From positions 1 to 64,000 of IMG/VR virus record IMGVR_UViG_3300035670_000119: a stretch of 64,000 nt of DNA, one strand, 5' to 3'. This document shows positions 58,642-64,000 of the stretch, one piece after another. The stretch's first letter is position 1. Each line of letters opens with the position of its first letter. The DNA comes from a virus. The notes under the pieces were generated by a model. That model had not been told where the DNA came from. It worked only from the letters and a program-made list of their open reading frames with translations, and made no database searches. The position numbers and the translations under genes are program-made.

Positions 58642-58851
58642 ATGTCAATGATTAAGAACTGCACTGTCGTACTTTCCAACGGCAACGTCGTTGGGATGCA
58701 TGCAAACGAAGCAGATGCAGAAATGCAAGCAATGGAGCTGGCATACGAATGGCGCAGACAATCTGACTGTGGCTCCGAGGTACCAGCACCTAAGCTTGCC
58801 GTCCTGTCATTCAATGACTGGATGCAACTGCAGAAAGAGTTTGCATTCTGA
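58642..58851 (+). CDS. hypothetical early protein
   Basis: A/C-rich leader, 69 aa. Confidence 0.6.
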   Translation: MSMIKNCTVVLSNGNVVGMHANEADAEMQAMELAYEWRRQSDCGSEVPAPKLAVLSFNDWMQLQKEFAF

Positions 58852-58945
58852 TTCCTGCACTTAACCCTTCCATTGTGGTACATATGTACTACGACGGTAG
58901 GTTTTCTGCAGGCAATCAAGTCTGCTATCCAACTCAACTCAGCTC

Positions 58946-59134
58946 ATGACTGCACTACACATCCGCAAGAACATTGCTGCTGCACTGTTTAACACAGCGG
59001 CAGCTATTGACAATGCCAAGCTTCCTACCAAGGAAGATATCGGTACTAAGGTGAATGAGTATCGGCTGCGTGCAGCGGCACTCATGATGCCGAACGATAT
59101 GGCATTCGTCATCACTCCTAAGCAAGGCAACTGA
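58946..59134 (+). CDS. hypothetical early protein
   Basis: A/C-rich leader, 62 aa. Confidence 0.6.
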   Translation: MTALHIRKNIAAALFNTAAAIDNAKLPTKEDIGTKVNEYRLRAAALMMPNDMAFVITPKQGN

Positions 59135-59136
59135 TC

Positions 59137-59340
59137 ATGCACCGTAATTACTTTTCTGACTCCTGTGTCGCTCTTATTCTTGGCTCTGGCTTGGGTTTAC
59201 TGTTATCTGTTGGAGCACAGAAGCTTCTCAACAGACACTACCAAGCAACGTGCCATGACAGACCAGGACACAATCTGATCTACGTCCAAGGATTCCTTGG
59301 CGATACGTACTACTGCATCAACAGTAAGTATATCAACTGA
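59137..59340 (+). CDS. small membrane protein
   Basis: TM helix plus GDTYYCI. Confidence 0.6.
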   Translation: MHRNYFSDSCVALILGSGLGLLLSVGAQKLLNRHYQATCHDRPGHNLIYVQGFLGDTYYCINSKYIN

Positions 59341-59432
59341 TCTCTGCACTTTCCCATCATATCCATTGGATGTGATGGGTTCCTGCAGGGCTTAGCTCTG
59401 CATACACCACACGACACCACCAGGACTCAACC

Positions 59433-59678
59433 ATGACTCCTAAAGCTGTTGAATATCTCCTGACCCAAGACGCTCGTCTGCTAGCCAGGAGAGATGCCCC
59501 TTGCATCGACCAAGAACTTGAGGCGCAGCGCCAAGCTGCTCTTGAATTGTTCTTCGAGTGGCAAGACGGTATGCGTCAATTCCAAGACCTTGTTCCCTTC
59601 GTTGCCATCGTGCAGCGTAAGGTAGATCTCAACCGGGATCTGCTTCGTTGGGAACGCAGGCAACTGGAACAAGATTGA
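59433..59678 (+). CDS. hypothetical early protein
   Basis: 81 aa. Confidence 0.6.
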   Translation: MTPKAVEYLLTQDARLLARRDAPCIDQELEAQRQAALELFFEWQDGMRQFQDLVPFVAIVQRKVDLNRDLLRWERRQLEQD

Positions 59679-59752
59679 CGACTACACTGAGGGGCTTCGG
59701 CCCTTCTCTGTAGTCTTCATCAAGAAGGCTACGTACCACTGCACACAACACT

Positions 59753-60016
59753 ATGGCAGTTTCAATTGACCATCACGACATCACAGCAGCCCTTAATAAA
59801 TTCAACCTTGAGGTAACTGATTATTATCTTGAGTTTGCTGATGATGTCATCTATATGTACTGGGTAGCATGCCCGGCAGATATAGAACACTACATCAAAG
59901 AAGACACTGGTTGCCTTGCGATTCAGATTAAAGGCAAGTGGTTCTATCTGGATGAATCCCGACCGGACACTGAGCGTCCGTTTGTTAACTGTCGTTATAT
60001 CTTGGAGACAATCTGA
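59753..60016 (+). CDS. hypothetical early protein
   Basis: 87 aa. Confidence 0.6.
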   Translation: MAVSIDHHDITAALNKFNLEVTDYYLEFADDVIYMYWVACPADIEHYIKEDTGCLAIQIKGKWFYLDESRPDTERPFVNCRYILETI

Positions 60017-60222
60017 TGAAGACGATTTATTCAATGGGGAGAGGCAAATACATCCACCTCGATTCTTACGGTGAGTCTCATGGGACTCGCCGTTGGTCAG
60101 TTGGTATTGCCCTCTTCTCCATCGTCATCGCCGCCATCACTGCCACCGCACTGGTGGACGTTGACATCACTGATCCTTCACTGAAACAACACCATGTCAT
60201 TCACAATCGCATTGGTTACTGA
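60016..60222 (+). CDS. small membrane protein
   Basis: Coupled (TGATG); TM helix. Confidence 0.55.
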   Translation: MKTIYSMGRGKYIHLDSYGESHGTRRWSVGIALFSIVIAAITATALVDVDITDPSLKQHHVIHNRIGY

Positions 60223-60418
60223 CCGGAGTGGGCGTTATGCTCACGTCTGGGGAGAACCAAGGAGCTGGAATCAATTCGTTGAACAGCTCGAAGATGCTGG
60301 CTGCGAAGTGATTGAAAACCAGACCGAAGATTGGGAAGGGTCTACCAGGGATGAAGTCGCTGAAGACTGCTTGACAGTTCATCAGCTACTGCACGACACT
60401 GACTTCATTCCCCACTAA
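60194..60418 (+). CDS. hypothetical early protein
   Basis: 74 aa, acidic. Confidence 0.6.
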   Translation: MSFTIALVTDRSGRYAHVWGEPRSWNQFVEQLEDAGCEVIENQTEDWEGSTRDEVAEDCLTVHQLLHDTDFIPH

Positions 60419-60420
60419 AC

Positions 60421-60475
60421 ACCTGGGCATCCACAATTGAGAACTCTTCTCAATAACGTGGTGTAAGTCCCAGGT
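60421..60475 (+). ncRNA. CA/GUAAGU internal-loop RNA element, copy 1
   Basis: ACCTGGG-CA-[stem-loop]-GTAAGT-CCCAGGT. Confidence 0.65.
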
Positions 60476-60503
60476 CCAACCGTTCACTTACTCAACTTAC
60501 ACC

Positions 60504-60686
60504 ATGAGAGACCCTAACTTCATTGATGAACAACGTAACGCTGACTTGCTTGATACCATGGCTGATGTGGCATATCAACAAGAGCAAGCCATGCGTGAAG
60601 CGTTTGAAGAACATCAAGAACAATGGATGATGCGTGAATTGAATCTCAACTTATTTGAACAGGAGACCTACGATGACCAAGCCTAA
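60504..60686 (+). CDS. hypothetical early protein
   Basis: 60 aa. Confidence 0.6.
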   Translation: MRDPNFIDEQRNADLLDTMADVAYQQEQAMREAFEEHQEQWMMRELNLNLFEQETYDDQA

Positions 60687-61086
60687 GTACACACTGCGTC
60701 AAGCATGGGATGACGGTGACATTATCGTCATCCTGATCGCAATCATTTCAATCATCATCACTGAATTCGCATCATGTCTTACATCTCAGAACTCAAGAAG
60801 TTCTACCCCAAGACCTACAAAGTCCGCTTTGCAATCAACGCCTACAACACACACAAGTATTTCGAACACGAAAATCCAACGGTCATCACCGTGCACGAAA
60901 CCTGCCTCCGTTATGGAGGACCCGAAGAAGGAGGCTGGTGGTTCCAGCAAGGTAACCCGGTCCTCAGCCACTGCATCTTCTCCAAGAAGCAAGCGATCCA
61001 AACCTACGTCAAGTACTTCGAAGAGTACAAGATCGAAGGGCAGCCGTCTCTTGGAGATACAACAACTAGCTCCAACATCGAGCTAA
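60673..61086 (+). CDS. membrane-anchored protein with tail overlapping next gene
   Basis: AGGAG upstream; TM IIVILIAIISIII, then S/T/K-rich tail. Confidence 0.45.
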   Translation: MTKPKYTLRQAWDDGDIIVILIAIISIIITEFASCLTSQNSRSSTPRPTKSALQSTPTTHTSISNTKIQRSSPCTKPASVMEDPKKEAGGSSKVTRSSATASSPRSKRSKPTSSTSKSTRSKGSRLLEIQQLAPTSS

Positions 61087-61142
61087 GTTTTTCCAACAGG
61101 TATGCAGAGGTGTACCCTAAGACGCGTCCCCATTACTGCTGA
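60774..61142 (+). CDS. hypothetical early protein
   Basis: YGGPEEGGWW...PHYC motif. Confidence 0.7.
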   Translation: MSYISELKKFYPKTYKVRFAINAYNTHKYFEHENPTVITVHETCLRYGGPEEGGWWFQQGNPVLSHCIFSKKQAIQTYVKYFEEYKIEGQPSLGDTTTSSNIELSFSNRYAEVYPKTRPHYC

Positions 61143-61147
61143 GATTC

Positions 61148-61390
61148 ATGCTTGCCACTGCAGTACCAGCACTCAGTATCAATCAACGTAACCTCTATGC
61201 TTACTTCTTGAACCACAAGAAGAAGTATGGGAACACACCATGCTTTGTACCAAGGCTTCCGTCACAGGCCTCAAGGCTTGAGCAATATCTTCAAGCCTTG
61301 GTAAGGCTAGAGGAATACGGATTGATACGTGTAGACAGAAGCGTTGATAACTACACAGGCTGGATGATGCTAGAACCTAAGGCCACATAA
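61148..61390 (+). CDS. winged-helix-like hypothetical protein
   Basis: LSINQRNLY...ALVRLEEYGLIRV. Confidence 0.55.
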   Translation: MLATAVPALSINQRNLYAYFLNHKKKYGNTPCFVPRLPSQASRLEQYLQALVRLEEYGLIRVDRSVDNYTGWMMLEPKAT

Positions 61391-61467
61391 CGTAATAACA
61401 GTGCCGTAGTATTGGATGGCATGTAAGAATTGCCAATACATGCCAATACTTCAGTTATAGTCTCAAT

Positions 61468-61508
61468 CCTGGGCAGCACTGACGTAAGTACGGTGCGTAA
61501 GTCCCAGG
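61468..61508 (+). ncRNA. CA/GUAAGU internal-loop RNA element, copy 2
   Basis: CCTGGG-CA-GCACTG...CGGTGC-GTAAGT-CCCAGG. Confidence 0.65.
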
Positions 61509-61511
61509 CTT

Positions 61512-61739
61512 TTATCCGACTGTATTACGTACATCAGGTGTAAACCTTTGCATCTGATCTAACAACCTAAGCTCTGCTTGTTTGTTTTGTATCGGAATGC
61601 TTTCATTTCTTATAACAGATGTTAAGAAGTCCATTACTTTATCTTGAGGTGGCATAGAACCATGTGCCTTCATGTATTCTTGTTGCCACCCTTGAAGGAA
61701 TGGACTATTGGCCATTGCATATCTACCAGCTAATAACAT
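61512..61739 (-). CDS. hypothetical protein, inverted relative to its cluster
   Basis: 75-aa ORF filling the gap between two RNA elements. Confidence 0.55.
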   Translation of the reverse strand: MLLAGRYAMANSPFLQGWQQEYMKAHGSMPPQDKVMDFLTSVIRNESIPIQNKQAELRLLDQMQRFTPDVRNTVG

Positions 61740-61766
61740 GGACCTGAGTATGTCCTTAAACTACTC
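61740..61766 (+). ncRNA. UAAAC H-type pseudoknot
   Basis: GGAC-ctGAGTAt-GTCC-ttaaac-TACTC. Confidence 0.55.
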
Positions 61767-61807
61767 AGTCCATCATACTCATCATCAACCTCAACTCCAC
61801 ATCAACC

Positions 61808-62083
61808 ATGACCTACCCCGAAATCGACTGGAAGAAGAACGAGTACAAGCAATTGGAAGAAGCTTTGGACATACTCAAAGCTGTCATCGAACGTGAATCA
61901 AAGCGTCATCAAATGGATGAGCACTTAGTTCCAGGAGATAATGATATTGTCCAAGAAGCAATCGGTTTGCTTGAAGAGATCATTGACTATGACCCGACAC
62001 CTAACGAGCCTGGTGAACCTCCCATGACAATGGACGAAATGCACAGTGCTGCATGGAAAGAACACCAGGAGATGCACCGGTAA
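61808..62083 (+). CDS. hypothetical early protein
   Basis: 91 aa; DYDPTP...EPPMT. Confidence 0.65.
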   Translation: MTYPEIDWKKNEYKQLEEALDILKAVIERESKRHQMDEHLVPGDNDIVQEAIGLLEEIIDYDPTPNEPGEPPMTMDEMHSAAWKEHQEMHR

Positions 62084-62234
62084 CAGCCAACTAGGGGGGA
62101 CTAGTACATAAGTACTTCCCCCCACACCCCCCGACAGAGTACCAGGGAATCCTTGGATTTATATAGGACATACTTATGTTCCATTCCCTTGACTCCCTGG
62201 TAGACTGTCCTTGTTAATCAACTCATCTCAACCC

Positions 62235-62447
62235 ATGACTACTCCCAACACTCCACGTATACCTGACTCTCTTGACATGCAAAGACTTCAAGCTATGCAA
62301 CTTGTTGCAAAGATGAAGGAATCAGCAGAGAGAAATGGTATTGGATTCATTGGTGGATTCATTGCTCCGAATGGAGAGAAGTTTGTCATGACCAACATGA
62401 CAGACGAAGATGACATCAATGCACTCATGCCGGAGGATCTTAAGTGA
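62235..62447 (+). CDS. hypothetical early protein
   Basis: MTTPNTP...; TAGACT box at about 62200. Confidence 0.6.
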   Translation: MTTPNTPRIPDSLDMQRLQAMQLVAKMKESAERNGIGFIGGFIAPNGEKFVMTNMTDEDDINALMPEDLK

Positions 62448-62779
62448 ATCAATCTCATCCCGTTATTCCAACCGAGTACCTGCTTGATGCTTGGCATCAG
62501 CAACATCAACGATACAGAAAGAGCTTCAAAGAAATTCTTATTGAAGCTGCCCAATGGGGAGCTGATACAGAATTAGAAGAATGTTGTAAGCTATTCGAAT
62601 CTAATTCTGTATGTGGCACCAAGTTTCAGCGGAGATCTTCTGTTCGAGATCTACGTGAAAAGCGTAGACCTTCACCCAAGCAAAAGACATTGACAGTGTC
62701 AATCACTGGTACTGAAGATGAACTTGAACAACTCATTCGCAAACTCAAACATGAACAACAAATCTCGATTGAACTTTGA
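62444..62779 (+). CDS. cyanophage hypothetical protein (AAQWGAD-type)
   Basis: AAQWGADTELEECC. Confidence 0.65.
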   Translation: MNQSHPVIPTEYLLDAWHQQHQRYRKSFKEILIEAAQWGADTELEECCKLFESNSVCGTKFQRRSSVRDLREKRRPSPKQKTLTVSITGTEDELEQLIRKLKHEQQISIEL

Positions 62780-62948
62780 CAAAACTATCGCAGGATTCAA
62801 CATTACCGAGCGCGGTGTGCGCTCGTACAGTAAATCAATTAAGCTTGGTCCATTCCAAGTAACACTTAACGCACGTGAGTCTGGCTTACGTGGTACCATT
62901 GGTATCCCTGGCACAGGCGTTTCAATTCCAAACATTAAGCTAATCTAA
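62751..62948 (+). CDS. DUF4236-like protein
   Basis: SKSIKLGP...TIGIPGTGVS. Confidence 0.6.
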   Translation: MNNKSRLNFDKTIAGFNITERGVRSYSKSIKLGPFQVTLNARESGLRGTIGIPGTGVSIPNIKLI

Positions 62949-63012
62949 AGATCTGGGCATCCGAAAGCAACGCCGCGTCCAGGACACGCCGTAGGTGTAA
63001 GTCCCAGATCTT
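62948..63012 (+). ncRNA. CA/GUAAGU internal-loop RNA element, copy 3
   Basis: AAGATCTGGG-CA-TCC...GGT-GTAAGT-CCCAGATCTT. Confidence 0.65.
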
Positions 63013-63034
63013 GTCCACTAACTCAACTCAACTC

Positions 63035-63220
63035 ATGTCTGCTTACGTCGAAAACCTCACCTTGTTTGATCGCATCAATCTTGCTGCCTGCGCACAGCGC
63101 AGAGCAACAGAAAATGTGTTGGATTCAACACGATTCAATGGCGAGTTTGACACAGCACGTCTGTGGATGAAGTATCGCCTTGTCAAGTACAGCAACTATT
63201 CATTTATCGAGGGCAACTGA
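63035..63220 (+). CDS. hypothetical early protein
   Basis: ACTCA-repeat leader; MSAYVENL. Confidence 0.6.
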   Translation: MSAYVENLTLFDRINLAACAQRRATENVLDSTRFNGEFDTARLWMKYRLVKYSNYSFIEGN

Positions 63221-63471
63221 TGACAGTCTTAGCAATCGAAAACACTTCATTCACTGACACTCATGTCACAGTTACAGCAGTTGTTGACGAGATGCGCCTG
63301 CTCTATCGCGGAAGTCGTCTCGACCCTGAAGAGTGGGCTCCTGCATTGTGTCAAGCAACTATTGAGTTGGATCCAGAGGAACAAATCCCTCTTGATGAAG
63401 ATGGCTTCTGTGCCTATCTTGATCACCTCGATCCTCAATGGCAAGTACTAGATCCGGAGGACATCGGATGA
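63220..63471 (+). CDS. hypothetical early protein
   Basis: Coupled; DPEEWAPALC. Confidence 0.65.
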   Translation: MTVLAIENTSFTDTHVTVTAVVDEMRLLYRGSRLDPEEWAPALCQATIELDPEEQIPLDEDGFCAYLDHLDPQWQVLDPEDIG

Positions 63472-63653
63472 TTGGCTTCTCAATTGAATTCAAACGTTGG
63501 TACTTTGTACTACGTGGTCCTAAGGGTCGTGTGTACTTGGCAACTGGCTTTGCTAAACGCATGCCAGTCATAACGCCGATTGGCACCTATGACATGGAAC
63601 AGTACATCGAAGAGACGTCACTGTTCTTAGATATACATCGGTACGAAGACTGA
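63468..63653 (+). CDS. hypothetical early protein
   Basis: GGAGG Shine-Dalgarno; MIGFSIEF. Confidence 0.6.
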   Translation: MIGFSIEFKRWYFVLRGPKGRVYLATGFAKRMPVITPIGTYDMEQYIEETSLFLDIHRYED

Positions 63654-63657
63654 TCAC

Positions 63658-63685
63658 ACGTCCTGGACATGACGTTAAACTGTCT
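63658..63685 (+). ncRNA. UAAAC H-type pseudoknot
   Basis: ACGTC-ctGGACAt-GACGT-taaac-TGTCT. Confidence 0.55.
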
Positions 63686-63708
63686 ATTTCATTTACTCAT
63701 TTAACCCA

Positions 63709-64000
63709 ATGGAAATCAATTCTCCAACGCCACCTTTAGATCTTGTTAATGATTGGATGACGCATTGGTATGACGACAATCAAACCGATGATACCCAAGA
63801 AATGTACATTGCAACTAAGGCTGCAATGTGGGGTGCTATCTGGGGTGCTACTAATGCGTTAGAAACAGCTATCAAAGACACATCTCCTGTTCACTGGCGT
63901 GTAGCCGGTGGTGCAGAAGATGGTCAGCAAATAGTACGTGTTATTGATCTAATGGAATGGCTTGCACAATTCCGTAAAGAATATGAGGAGAAGATCAATG
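63709..64000 (+). CDS. hypothetical protein (partial; resembles 62444..62779)
   Basis: Hand-translated MEINSPTPPLDLVNDW...YIATKAAMWGA. Confidence 0.6.
   Translation, partial: MEINSPTPPLDLVNDWMTHWYDDNQTDDTQEMYIATKAAMWGAIWGATNALETAIKDTSPVHWRVAGGAEDGQQIVRVIDLMEWLAQFRKEYEEKIN

Noticed and set aside
60421-63012. CRISPR-like array
   Set aside because: Copies are more than 1 kb apart and separated by genes

Overview
A 64-kb stretch of a tailed dsDNA phage genome, most likely infecting a (pico)cyanobacterium; the evidence is an hli gene, a CP12-like peptide, speD and dcd. Layout: (i) 1-3.3 kb, small minus-strand genes, including a DUF5872-like protein in two halves with an HNH gene between them; (ii) 3.4-11.8 kb, a plus-strand replication/accessory block (PD-(D/E)xK exonuclease, EndoVII-like nuclease, prim-pol/D5 primase-helicase, speD, glycosyltransferase) containing a symmetric 194-bp dyad that looks like an origin; (iii) 12-57 kb, mostly minus-strand lysis and virion genes (endolysin, lysozyme, tail fibres, collagen-like fibre, major capsid, scaffold, portal, terminase, many Gly/Ala-rich putative internal proteins), with no recognisable tail tube, sheath or tape measure; (iv) 57.1-64 kb, a plus-strand cluster of small early-type ORFs. 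The most striking unexplained signal is in region (iv): its intergenic spaces carry three recurring, covarying structured-RNA families (a CA/GUAAGU internal-loop stem, a UAAAC H-type pseudoknot and a pyrimidine-internal-loop hairpin), a T-loop mini-RNA and G-free leaders. No tRNA, rRNA or CRISPR array was seen. All family assignments are from motifs read by eye; no searches were run.
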